From: Chiloscyllium plagiosum
Taxonomy: Eukaryota
Length of the DNA stretch: 64,000 bases
Direction: 5' to 3'
NCBI RefSeq assembly: GCF_004010195.1
Contig: NC_057731.1
Span: forward strand, 30,517,314 to 30,581,313
Shown one piece after another: positions 52,601-64,000 of this stretch (position 1 is the stretch's first letter; every line of letters begins with the position of its first letter). Both the position numbers and the translations under genes were made by a program. The notes beneath the pieces were generated by a model that was not told the origin of the DNA, searched no databases, and saw only the letters and a program-made list of their open reading frames with translations.

Positions 52601-53360
52601 ACAACCATGTCAAGCCTCCTGGCTTTGTGTCTGCACTAAATAACAAGGAAATACAGCAGTGCTATGATCCTGTAAGCTCTGGCTTATAGACAAAGCCCCC
52701 AAGAAGCCAATGCAAGACAGGGATGCCAAGTGGGTGAGCACTAAAAACGAAAGAGAGTATCTGTGTTGCAGCCTTAGGTCCAGTACATGAGCTGGTGCTT
52801 CTCCCCACGTGCAAAAGCTCCTTAATGAAATATTTCAATGACAATTGCTGGCATGCTCCAAAGTGCAGCAATGCAGTGTAGCAGCATTGTGTAAGAGTGC
52901 TGGAGATGTGCCATGGAGAGGCTGGCACGTGTTAAATGCCAGCACGTGTGAATGTGTTTGAAGTTACCAGGTACTTTCAGACATCCATACCAAAAATTCC
53001 AAGCATCTAGATTCCTTGTGGCGGGTGGAGGAATAGGATGCTGAATATTAACGAGGCAAAATATTAATTAGACTGACAGCAAACAACAATTCCCCTTGCT
53101 GCTGCATAATGATATCCTCATCTTAATGACCAGAACTCCGTTGCAAAATGCAACTTGTTAAAAATGCCTATGAAGTTAAAAATGCCTTTCTTGACTTCTG
53201 AAGCAATTCTCAGATTTCTCAGCATACCTGCATTGTTCGGGCCCTATAAGGTTTTGTCCACCAGGAACCATTCAGCTACTCAATAGCTGGAAGTTCTGTT
53301 GTCTTTTGTGTATTCAGAGGCTACCGGTTTCCCTCCTTCAAACTCTCCTGGTTTCAGATT
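49650..53360. mobile_element. PIF/Harbinger DNA transposon fossil (Myb/SANT gene on +, transposase remnants on -)
   Basis: + strand: LVERGVILF..PAWIEVATWVSAV*..RNLQ*C..KELNDLLCSA (~49997-50184), KADHYNIRRARTGGGLPKIYLLISYEKRILALAGED (50777-50896), LSTRSETDTSVG after an acceptor at 51093; - strand: KGMVSINFQCSVNHK (~52325-52280), like the HARBI1-family KG.HSINVQ.V.DH motif. Confidence 0.75.
50398..50755 (+). mobile_element. CR1 3' fragment inserted in the Harbinger Myb-gene intron
   Basis: YKIMRDIDKVKSQDLFPRV..; CR1 3' UTR gttggaccgaagggtctgcttccatgctg. Confidence 0.8.
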
Positions 53361-53799
53361 TAGTCCAGCACAGGAAGATACAAAAGGAAGGAAGTTCTGC
53401 TCAAGCATTACGAATTGCTGCTTAAACACCTTCTGGAGTATTGTGCTGAATTTTGGGCACTGCACATTTGAATGACTATCAAAGGTCTGGAGAAGGTACA
53501 GAAGATATTTACTAGAATTACACTGAGATTGAGGGACTTCAGAGACTAGAAAAACTGGAAATGAAGTCCCTGAAGGGAAGAAGATTAAAGAGCGATTTAA
53601 ATTGGGATTTTCAAAATTTATGAATGCTTATTGAATAAATAGGAGAAAGGTTTCCAATGGTGAAAATGTGAGTAATCAGAGGTTATAAATTGAAAGTGAT
53701 TGGCAAAAATGTTGAATCTGATTCGAGGGCATACTTTTGCAACCAACAACATATGGTAATCTACAATTCAGTGACTGAGAGGTTAGTGAAAGCAGTTTG

Positions 53800-54290
53800 G
53801 ATGATTGATTGATTGATTTAATGTCGCATATACCGAAGTACAATGAAAAGCTTTGTTTACGAGCAATACAGACAGATCGTAGTAAGTAAGGATGGAGAGA
53901 ACAAAAAACTTAGACAGTGGCATACAGACAACATTGCACAGGGTGTGTAAGAGAGAGATCACGCTAGCAAGACTAGCATTATTTGAGGCTAGGGAGTCAA
54001 CTCAATAGTCAAATAATGGCCAGGAAGGAGCTGTCCCTGAACCTATTGATGTGTGCAGGTTTCTGTATCTTCTACCTGATGGAAGAGTTTGTACAAGATC
54101 ATTACTGGTGTGCGAAAGGTCTTTGCTGATGTTGGCTTTTGTGGCAGCAAGCCGTGTAAATGGAATCCATGGATGGAATGTTAGCTGCCATGATGGCCTG
54201 GGCTGTGCACACCACGTTCTGTAGTTTCCTACGATCCTCGGCAGAGCAGTTGCCATACCAGGCCATTATGTTGAACAGTAACGCAGTAGT
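53800..54290 (-). mobile_element. Rex1/Babar-type LINE 3' fragment
   Basis: AWYGNCSAEDRRKLQNVVCTAQAIM..PSMDSIYT and ANISKDLSH..LPSGRRYR are typical Rex/Babar ORF C-terminal motifs; (TGAT)n tail at ~53802. Confidence 0.75.
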
Positions 54291-56611
54291 AATAATCAAT
54301 AATAAATACTTGAAATAGGGAAAAGTTCAAGGCTGGTATAGACATGATAGGTTGGGGTGCCTCCTTTTGTAGTGTTTGATTCTATGGAATAGTCAGGTAT
54401 GCAGTTGAGAATGCTTAAACTTGACATTGTGGTTATGTGTCTTCCAAAGCAGAAATAAACAAATCACTTGTTAAGAATTAAACCTGCTATCTTCTGAGTA
54501 AAACATATTGCAAGTACCTTCTGTATAAGCAGTGTGCTGTATTTGATATGCAGTAAGTCAGATTACTTCACGTTTGCCAGTTCAAAGTAGCATTAGAGGT
54601 GGCCAAAGATGTAGGAAAATGGTAAAAAGATGAATTAACATACTGGATAACACATTGAGAATGGTTGTTGAGTTTAATTCTTGTATGTCATTGGTTCATA
54701 ATTCAGAAGCATTAAGTCTTTCAAAGCAAGTAAAAAGATCTCAATCACATTTCTGTAGGACTAAAATTCTTACTTTCTTCTTGGTGATATTAGTGGAGAA
54801 TAAAACTGTTATGAAAGGTGAACACAAACTCTCATTAAATAGTCCATTAATTAAATAATATGGGTTCAAGAGACATTTAGCTGTAGTTCTGGAGAGAGAA
54901 AGATTTGTGAAGTGTGGTTAATCTGTGAAAAAGGGATAAGCTTGTTTGAGCTTGATGGTTCTTTCCAGGTCCTGAAAATTCTTATGGCTTTAAATAATGG
55001 TTTAATTTATGTTCAGTAACCTGCAGCTATAAAGAAACCATCTTGAACATGTAAGAAGTAAAGTATGAATGAATAAATTGAAGAGGGATTTTTTAACTTT
55101 GGGCGATGGTGCAAAATGGACAAATTGGCCATCTATCATATACCTTGCTGTACTTTCTCTTCTGTTAATGTAAATGTAAGGAAGAGTGGGCGTAGTGTAT
55201 AATGCACAGCTAGTTTGATAGTGCTCTTTTTATGCTATTCTCAAAAGTTTAAACTATCCCTGTAAGGTTTAAACAGAAGCTATGGCATGGTATCAACATG
55301 AAGGTGGGCTGGAAGCTGGTGACTGAAGTTGGCAAAGTCAGAACAACAGTTTCCCTCAGGTCTTTGGATTTACTAGTGGGGTATGATTTGCAATTTCCAT
55401 CTTTTTTAGAACCAGAGCTGACCAGATTGAAAATTATGTGGTTGCCTGCCTGCTACATTCCCTCAGCTGGGGAGCAGAGAGGAGGGAGGATAGATAGAAA
55501 GAGAGGGATAGATAGAAAGAGAGAGACACAGAGATGGGCTTGGGCCTCTGTATGAGCCGTGTTTTGGAGATAATGGGCTCCTGGAGCCATTGGAGGCATC
55601 AAAATATGGGGACTAGAATCACATCAGGTCAGTGAAGGGAGTTTAGAATTTGGAAGCTGGATGGGAAATTGGAGGGGTTGGGGAAAGGAGAAAATATTGG
55701 CTAAAGGATTCCAAAAGATCTATGGGCTGAAATTTCTCAAAATGATTTCATTCTATAAGATACAATTTTTTTTTGACTGTATGACAGATATCTGCAGATT
55801 GATTTTTTTTTCTGCATCCTAAGTATTTGCAATAAATTAGACTCCCACAGGATCAGATTCACGTTTCCTTATTTTTATCCAATTTTTCATATTTGAATGA
55901 ATACAGCTGGTAACATCTTTTCAGTTGTCAAATAAAACTTTGAACTTAGCATTCAAATTGCTAAAGTAATAAAGATATGTATGAAATAAAACAAAGAACT
56001 GTGGATACTGAAGATCTGAAACAAAAAACAGGGAGCACTGGAGAAACTAAATAGATCTAGAAGCATCTTTTGAGAGAAAGGCAGATTTGCTCTGAGTCTC
56101 ATGACCATCTGCCAGACAGTTTGAGCTAAAATTAAGCTTACACTCAAGAGTAATGAAACAGTTTGCCCATTTCCATGTGGGAGGCATGAAAATATCCTAA
56201 CCTCCAATTTGATTCACACCATTATGAGAATCCTGATGTGTTGGAGATGATAACTAACCTATAATTTCAAGTCTGGAAATCCTAACTTGTGCGGATGCAG
56301 AATAAGTGAAGAAGTTGCTTTTTAAAGGCATTTCACAACCCCATCTACTCAGCAATGTGAAGACTTTCCCAGATATGTCCTGTCCACAAAATAAAAACAG
56401 GTCAATTGCAATCTGGACAATTTCTACCCATCCATCTACCCTCATTATCAGCAAAATGATGGAAGGTGTTGTAGACAAGATTATCAAACAGCACTTACAC
56501 AGTAATGACTTACTCACTGAGGCTCAGTTTGATTTCTGCCATTCTCACTCAGAACCAAACCCCATTATGACCTTAGTCTAAATAAAGGCAAATAATTGCA
56601 CTCAACAGGAG

Positions 56612-56642
56612 AGAGGGGTGGGGGGGGGGGGGGGGGGGGGGG
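56612..56642 (+). repeat. Poly-G tract
   Basis: Run of >20 G. Confidence 0.85.
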
Positions 56643-57099
56643 TAGCAGCACTTAATATCAGGAAACGTTTGACCCAGCATGGCTTTAAGAACTCTGAGCA
56701 AGAATTAAGCCACTGGAAATTTGTGATCAAAATTTTTACAGATTGAAATCATACCTGACACAAAGAAAAATGCTTGTAGTTTGTAGAGATGAAGGCAAGA
56801 TTTTTGATTCTTGGTCTTCTCTCTTAGTACGTAACCTCTTGCTTCTCTTTCCTGTTTTACTGCAGCTGTGTTGATATTTTGCAATTTTCCATATATTGAG
56901 TTCACATTTATGTGTTTAATTAGAGCTCTATATTCACTTCCATTCATCTCCCCTTCCTCAAATAATTCTGCTCTATTTGTCTATAATTTGTTTTTAACAA
57001 GCTGCAAAAGTCAAACAGTCTTGTTTGAATTTGCTATTTTTTTCAAATTTTAGACAAGAACTCTCTTGAGAGCAGTATTAAACACATAGATTAATATCA

Positions 57100-57450
57100 T
57101 GGAATCATAGAATCTCTACAGTGTGGAAACAGGCCATTCGGCCCAACAATTCCACACCGGCCTTCCGAAGAGTAACCCACCCAAACCCATTCCCCCTATC
57201 TTATTACTCTACATTTACCCCTGACTAATGCACCTAACCCTCACATCCCTGAACATTATGGGCAATTTACCATGACCAATTCACCTAACCTGCACATCTT
57301 TAGATTGTGGGAGGAAACCGGACCACCTGGAGGAAACCCACACAGACACAGGGGGAATGTGCAGACTCCACACAGACAGTTGCCCAAGGCTAGAATCGAA
57401 CCCAGGTCCCTAGTGCTGTGAGGACGCAGTGCTAACCAGTGAGCCACCAT
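57100..57450 (-). mobile_element. Near full-length HE1-like tRNA-derived SINE
   Basis: Minus strand reads ggtggctcactggttagcactgc..gggttcgattc (A/B boxes), then the body and a CR1-like tail. Confidence 0.85.
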
Positions 57451-57469
57451 CTTGTTAATAACGGTTTTA

Positions 57470-59045
57470 TAAGATCATAAGATTTCAGAACAGAATTAGG
57501 CCATTTGGCCCACCAAGTCTGCTCCATTATTGAACCATGGCTGATATAACTCCAGATTCCCTTACTAATCAAGAATCTATCTCTGTCTTAAATACTTGTC
57601 TCAATGATATGCTCACTGCAACAATGAGTTCCGCAGATCCATCATCATTTAGCTGAAGAAATTCCTTCTCATCTCAGTTCTAAAGGATCATCCCTTCACG
57701 TTACACACTCAGGTCCTAGTCTCTCCTACTATTGGAAACATCTTCACCACACCCACTCCATCAAGGCCTCTTATTATGTAAGTTTAATGAGATCCCCCTT
57801 CATCATTCTAAATTCTATCAAGTACAGACTCAGAGTCCTCAACTGCTCCTCAAATGACAAGCCCTTCATCCCTGGGATCATCCCTCTGGAACCTTTCCAA
57901 CACCAGGACATCCTTCCTTAGATACAGAACCCAAAACTGCTCACAATATTCCAAATGTGGTCTGACTAGAGCTTTACACAGCTTCACCGGTGCATCCTTG
58001 CTCTTGTATCCTAGCCCTCTTGAAATCGATGTGAACATTACATTTGCCTTCCTAACTGCCAACTCACCCTGCATGTTAATCTTAAAATAATCCTACTCTC
58101 AAGTCCATTTGTGCTTCAGATTTCTGAAGCCTTTCCCCATTTAGAAAATAGTCTATGCCTCTATTCGTCCAACCAAAGTGCATAGCTTCACACTTTCCCG
58201 CATTGTATTGCATCTCCCATTTATATGCCCAATCTGAGTCTGTCCAAATCCCTCTGCATCCTTCCCACTTTCTCAAAACTACCTGTCCCTCAATCTATAC
58301 TTGAGTCATCTTCAAACCTAGCAACACTGTTCTTAGTTCTTTTGTCTAGATCATGAATGTATAATGAGATTAGTTGTAGCCCCAATTAGTCACCACTGCT
58401 GTCCTGAAAAAGACTTCTTTCTTTCCATATTCTGCCTTCTGCCAGTCAACCAATCTTCTAATGTTGCCCATAACACCATGAGCTCTTATCTTATTTAGCA
58501 GCCTCCTGTGCTGCACCTTGGCAAGTGCTTCTGGAAATCCAAATAGATCATGTCCACTGCTCTCCTTTGTCTAACTTGCTTGTTATGCCCTTAATGAATT
58601 CTAACAGGTTTATCAGGCATGACCTCCCCTTGACAAAGCTGCGCTGATTCAGCCCAATTTTACCATGCGCTTCCAAGTACTCCGCAATCTTATATTTAAT
58701 AATGGACTCTAAAATCTTATCAATGACTAAGGTCAGACTAACCAGATTATAATTTCCCATCTTCTGCCTCCCTCTTTCTTTAAACTGGGATGTAACATTA
58801 GCCATTTTCCAGTGTACTGGGACCCTCCCCAACTCCAGTCATTCCTTAAAGATCACCACCAATGGCTTTAAAATCTCCTCAACTATCTCCTTCAGAACCC
58901 TTGGGTGTAGTCCATCTGGTCTGGGTGATTTATCCACCTTCAGACCTTTCACATTCCCCAGCACCTTCTCCTTTGTGATGGCCATTATACTCAACCTTTG
59001 CCACCTGACTCTTTTGAAGTTCTGGTGTGCTACTGGTGTCTTCCA
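57470..59045 (-). mobile_element. CR1 LINE ORF2 fragment
   Basis: KSPRPDGLHPRVLKE, VP..WKMANVT..FK..NY..VSLT, KGRSCLINLLEF, ALVRPHLEYCEQFW. Confidence 0.9.
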
Positions 59046-59089
59046 ACCAATCTGCTCAGGCAACTTTTCATTAAAAGAAACAGAAAACA

Positions 59090-59975
59090 ATATTGGTGGT
59101 ATAGTGGATAGTGAAGAAAGATCTTGATTAAAAGGGCCAATGGGCTGAAGAATGGCAGATGAAGTTTAATTCAGATATATGTGAGATACTGCATTTTGGT
59201 AAGCCAAACCAGGGCAGAATTTACACAGTTAATGGTAGGGCCCTGGGGAGTGTTGTCAAACAGAGAGACCTAAAGGTGTAGTACATGGCTTCTTGAAATG
59301 GTGTCACAGGTAGATAGGGTGGTGAAGAAAGCATTTGGTATGCTTGCTGTCATCAGTCAGAGCATTGTCAACAAAAGTTGAGATGTTATATTACGGCTGT
59401 ACGAGACACTGGTAAGGCTACATTTGGAGTACTGAGTACAATTCTGGTCACCCTGCTACAGGAGTGATGCTATTAAAATGTAAAGGGTACAAAAAGGATT
59501 TACAAGGATGCTACCAAGACTGGAGGGTCTGAGTTATATGGAGAAGCTGGATAGACTGGGACATTTTTTTGTTCGAGTGTGAGAGGTGACCTTACAGAGG
59601 TTTATAAATTCATGAGGGGGTGGGGTGGGGGTGTGGGAAAGGGGCATTGATAAAATGAACAGCCAAAAATTTACCCCAGGGTAGCGGAGTCCAAAACGCG
59701 AGGGCATAGGTTGAAGGTGAGAAGGGAAAGATTTAAACGGGATCTGAGGGACAACATCTTCACACAGAAGTTGGTGTGCTTATGGAACTAGCTGCCAAAG
59801 GAAGTGATAGAAACAATTACAATTACAAAATTAAAAAAAAATTTGGACAGGTACATGGATAGACAAAATATAGAGGGATATGGGCCAAATGCAGGCTAAT
59901 GGGACTGGTTCAGTTAAGGAAATTGGGTTGGCATTGACAAGTTGGGCTGAAGGGTTTGTTTCCGTGCTGTGTGAT
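59090..59975 (+). mobile_element. CR1 LINE 3' fragment, head-to-head with the previous copy
   Basis: WAEEWQMKFN..CEILHFG, LYETLVRLHLEY, GDLTEVYK; CR1 3' UTR. Confidence 0.85.
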
Positions 59976-60254
59976 TTTTTTTTGTTTCTGACCCCTAATG
60001 ACAAAACTTAACAGACAATTAAGCTTAGTATCATATAGATTAAGAATAGCTTTGGGCCACTTGATCCCCCAGCCTACTCTTACAGTCAATAAGATCACAG
60101 TTGATCTGATTATGCCATATTCCAGCCTATCCCTAATTACCTACCAGTTCCCTTATTTATCACAATTCATGCTTACCAGAATTATAATTAGGTATTCCTT
60201 GTTAGCTTATACACTTGTGATATCCCATTGAACTGACGAGTAAGAAGTAAATCA

Positions 60255-61130
60255 AAGCTGAAAATGTGTTCCTGGAAAAGTGCAGCAGGTCAGGCAGCAT
60301 CCAAGGAACAGGAGAATCGACGTTTCGGGCATAAGCCCTTCTTCAGGAATGAGGAAAGTGTGTCCAGCAGGCTAAGATAAAAGGTAGGGAGGAGGAACTT
60401 GGAGGAGGGGCGTTAGAAATGCAATAGGTGGAGGGAGGTCAAGGTGAGGATGATAGGCCGGAGTGGGGTGGGGACAGAGAGGTCAGGAAGAAGATTGCAG
60501 GTTAGGAAGGCGGTGCTGAGTTCGAGGGATTTGACTGAGACAAGGTGGGGGGAGGGGAAATGAGGAAACTGGAGAAATCTGAGTTCATCCCTTGTGACTG
60601 GAGGGTTCCGCTCGGAACCCTCCCTGCCCCCTGTAAAAACGCCATCTCATATTCCCAATTCATTCGTCTCCGTCGCATCTGCTCCCACGAGGACCAGTTC
60701 CAAATCCGTACAACCCAGATGGCCTCCTTCTTCAANNNNNNNNNNNNNNNNNNNNNNNNNNNNNNNNNNNNNNNNNNNNNNNNNNNNNNNNNNNNNNNNN
60801 NNNNNNNNNNNNNNNNNNNNNNNNNNNNNNNNNNNNNNNNNNGGTTGGTGGGGTGGTAGGTGAGGACCAGTGGAGTTCTGTCCTGGTGGCGGTTGGAGGG
60901 GCGGAGCTCAAGGGCAGAGGAGCGGGAAGTGGAAGAGATGCGGTGGAGGGCATCGTCGACCACGTCTGGGGGGAAATTGCGATCCTTGAAGAAGGAGGCC
61001 ATCTGGGTTGTACGGTTTTGGAACTGGTCCTTCTGGGAGCAGATGCGCGGAGACGAAGGAATTGGGAATATGGGATGGCGTTTTTACAGGGGGCAGGGTG
61101 GGAGAAGGTGTAGGCTAGGTAGCTGTGGGA
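60255..61130 (-). mobile_element. Penelope-like element, rearranged and gap-interrupted
   Basis: SHPAPCKNAIPYSQFLRLR, MASFFKDRNFPPDVVDDALHRISSTSRSSAL..RTPLVLTYHPTN; hammerhead-bearing 3' end 60315-60350. Confidence 0.82.
60736..60842. other. Assembly gap (N run)
   Basis: Ns in sequence. Confidence 0.99.
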
Positions 61131-64000
61131 GTAGAGCAAAGTATGGTTTCAGTTTGTGTTGAAGAGTGGAACAAAAAGCAAGTATAGCTGTGAGGTAGAG
61201 CAGAAGTGGCCTAAATCAGAGTCCAATGAACCTTAACTTAATCAACAAAACATATTTATTTTTAGCATTGATTGATGTTGCTGGCGATCTTTTATTGTTT
61301 TGTATGCACATTGAACCAATACAATAACATCACATGGATGAAAGGGCAACTGATAACAATGAAGGACAGTCTGAAAGTCTATGATGTCATGTGATTGCTG
61401 TATTTATACTATTCTTTTTCCTTGAGAAGTGAAACTACTTTGTGGGTATGATGTTTTTAATATCTTAAGATTATTATACATTGATAACAAGTTGCAACCC
61501 TTCACCCTATCAAAATTATCTTTGTAATCAGTTTTGTATCTCATTACATTTTTGCAAGACTGAGAAAAAAAAATCAATTCCAATTTTTTCAGGAGTACTT
61601 TAGCAGCAGATACAAACCACTGGCTAGAAACCATACAAAAACATAAAGCATTAAATTGAGATCCTTACAGCCTTTAAATATACTTGTCCCTCTTTCCTTT
61701 GGACACCATTGAGTAAAGCATTGCTGGACATTTCTTTGCTTTTCAGAAATCAACGTTCTTCTAACTATGGCAGATGTTCTACTTTACACAACAATACATT
61801 CTTCAGGATGGCTGTTAACAAATATCACTTTAAAATATGCACAGTAGCACATTTAAGTGGAGTTCCACGCTGATGTTCCAGTTGTAACAGTGACAGAATA
61901 AATACAAGGCACCATGTGAGTCAGAAGGCATTCAAAAATCTGTATAATTTGCATCCATAAGGTTGTGTTTATCAATAATCAGTCACATGCTTATCCATAA
62001 TTAATCACAGTCCTTTTTCTTCTGAATGTCACTAACTATATACAAGCAAGTAGCATGCCTGTTCATTGATGCTATTGCTCCAGGATTCAGTGAAAACAGG
62101 ACTATCGTTGTGCATGACCCATGCACCTGTCAGCACACAACAAAATCTACAACTGCCACAAGTCTGGTCTGGGATACTTCATTAAGTGGACCAAACTTCT
62201 GAGTGACCGTTGTCTCTAGTTTTTATACAGGAGCAGAGATAATGCAACTACGCAGTAAGACCTCAATGCAAAGTCCTGCAGGGTCTTGAGCTGTTAAATC
62301 GGTATCGCATATATTACCATTGGCTCAACTCTGGCATTAAACAGTTGGCACAATAAAAACTTCTGATTATAAAATGTTCTTAAGGGAAACATAAGGGAAA
62401 TGGAATAAAATGCAACACTGTTTCAACCCCTTGTCTCCTCAAACAGAACTTTTGTGCTTAATATTAGCCAGCATTGTGCTTTACACTTCAACGTGATCAT
62501 TTCCAGATGATGTAACTTATTGTGACAGTTATAATATATTATTTATTTCAAAGCCAAAGTATTGATCATCTTATGCTGAAAATGACAAATAGCACACGAG
62601 AAAGGATTTGGTCAGCGAGTTCTATTAAAGAAATCATTGTGTGCTCTTGGGGGCTGTTAGCAGGTTCATTTTAGGTTATTGTGACTCTCTTTCCTTTAAA
62701 TCTACTTATTTTGTAGTTTCCTAAGATCTAGATTAAAAGGCACAGTTAGTTCAACTTTTGCCTAGGAAAGACTCCACTTAAAATCTGTATTGTGTTAGAT
62801 TATGCATTAATATTGGTGATGCAGTTTGTGGCTCCCATTGGGTTTATGCCTAAAGCCAAGTATGAATAATTTCTAATTCATGATTTATGCTCTTAAAAAT
62901 ATTAATTAACAGAGTTGATATTATTCTGGATAATTTAAAGTCATACTATTGTTCCAGCAGTATTATTGGAAAATCTGCCTGGTTTATAATCCCTCCACAA
63001 GGTGATCATTGACATCAAGATTCATAATTGGCATGTTAAGATGACCAAAGATTAAGTATCTCAATGAAATGCATTTTTCTGAATTTCTAATTTTATTGGC
63101 TAGAGTGTTAAATGAATACGCTCACAAAAATGTAATGTTTTAACAAGAGATGTTGAAGCTTGTATAAACAAAGGAATAAGAACAATGGAATATCCAATTT
63201 ATTTCATAAAGGAGAGAGACTTGATAATGTGCAAGTGGCAAAACCAGAAATAGGATAGGAAACATTTCATTTTTGATTAGATTTAAACTTGAATTTTGGT
63301 GTTTCTTAACATGAATTTACAACATTTGTGTGGATAAAAGATAGTTCAATTTTATAAATGGAAAATATCTTCCACTTTGTCATCTACATATCCATTAGTT
63401 ATTTGGAAATTCCCTAAATGAAGATTAAATATTACAATTCAATGATTGTTATGGTCCCAAAGCTCTATTCCTAACATTAGTAAATAAGGCAACTGCAAAA
63501 ATGCTTGCTTTCTTGGATGGCAATCAAAATAAGTATATATCTTCAATAAATACCTTCAATGATGTAGAAAGAAAAGAAACACATGTTTAATTAAGTAATG
63601 ATCATATTTTACAGCTGATATACAATACATAATTTGTGAAATAAAAGTCAAAATTCAATTTTGACATTGTAATTTGTCTAAAAAGCTAGAATCCAAATTA
63701 AACCTGAAGGTGATTATATCGACTGTCCAGCACAACGAGCAATACGACGTATAGAACTCCAGGTGAGGTCCAACTGAAAATAACATCAGCTCTTAGCTTG
63801 CATTCTGTTCCTCTAATGCCGTTCTATACCTTGTCTACATGTTCCTCTTGTCTGCAACATCAACATGTTGATCTGATTTTTATTACAGTAGTTCCCAAAT
63901 CCCTTTCCTAATCAATACATAATAGATAGTATCAATATATTGATCAGGATTGCGATGAATATTATTATATGAAAAGTAAATTACAGAATATTATCTTAGA

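Larger units (their letters stand above)
49300..53800 (+). mobile_element. Old CR1 fragment (49300-49640 resuming at ~53370-53800) hosting the Harbinger insertion
   Basis: Left piece ends at ..VNEVVK; right piece resumes YKRKEVLL..LLKHLLEYCAEFWALH..LEKVQK.FTRI, the next CR1 ORF2 motifs. Confidence 0.6.

Noticed and set aside
57380-57450. tRNA gene (A/B boxes; also ~31070 and ~39300)
   Set aside because: tRNA-derived SINE heads followed by SINE body and LINE-like tail, no complete cloverleaf
61200-64000. ACADSB last coding exon expected from synteny
   Set aside because: No IYEG.SNIQL-like peptide recognised

Overview
Vertebrate genomic DNA. The repeat families (CR1 LINEs, HE1-type tRNA SINEs, Penelope-like elements, a Deu-domain SINE) point to a cartilaginous fish, probably a shark; this is an inference. 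Two complete two-exon NKL homeobox genes lie in tandem on the minus strand: HMX3 (CDS 18246-17952 + 17853-17249, 299 aa) and HMX2 (7407-7143 + 6094-5553, 268 aa). Downstream of HMX2 is a CpG-rich housekeeping/cell-cycle-type promoter (~2230-2770). By the conserved HMX3-HMX2-BUB3 synteny it is probably the BUB3 promoter, but no BUB3 coding exon was found. About 1.3-25 kb is almost free of recognisable young transposons and appears to retain CpGs (a developmental-gene methylation valley/regulatory block). About 28-61 kb is a dense, nested transposon graveyard: CR1, L2, Rex/Babar, SINEs, Penelope-like elements carrying minimal hammerhead-ribozyme motifs, a Tigger/pogo fossil, one clear and one possible Harbinger fossil, and solo-LTR-like pieces, with two N gaps. 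I found no convincing wholly new biological system. The best leads are overlapping splice donors in HMX2 that could give a homeodomain-less isoform, phase-compatible HMX3/HMX2 exons, three uORFs and a duplicated 3'UTR module in HMX3, and two families of dimer-type hammerhead motifs. Repeat boundaries are approximate and were read by eye.
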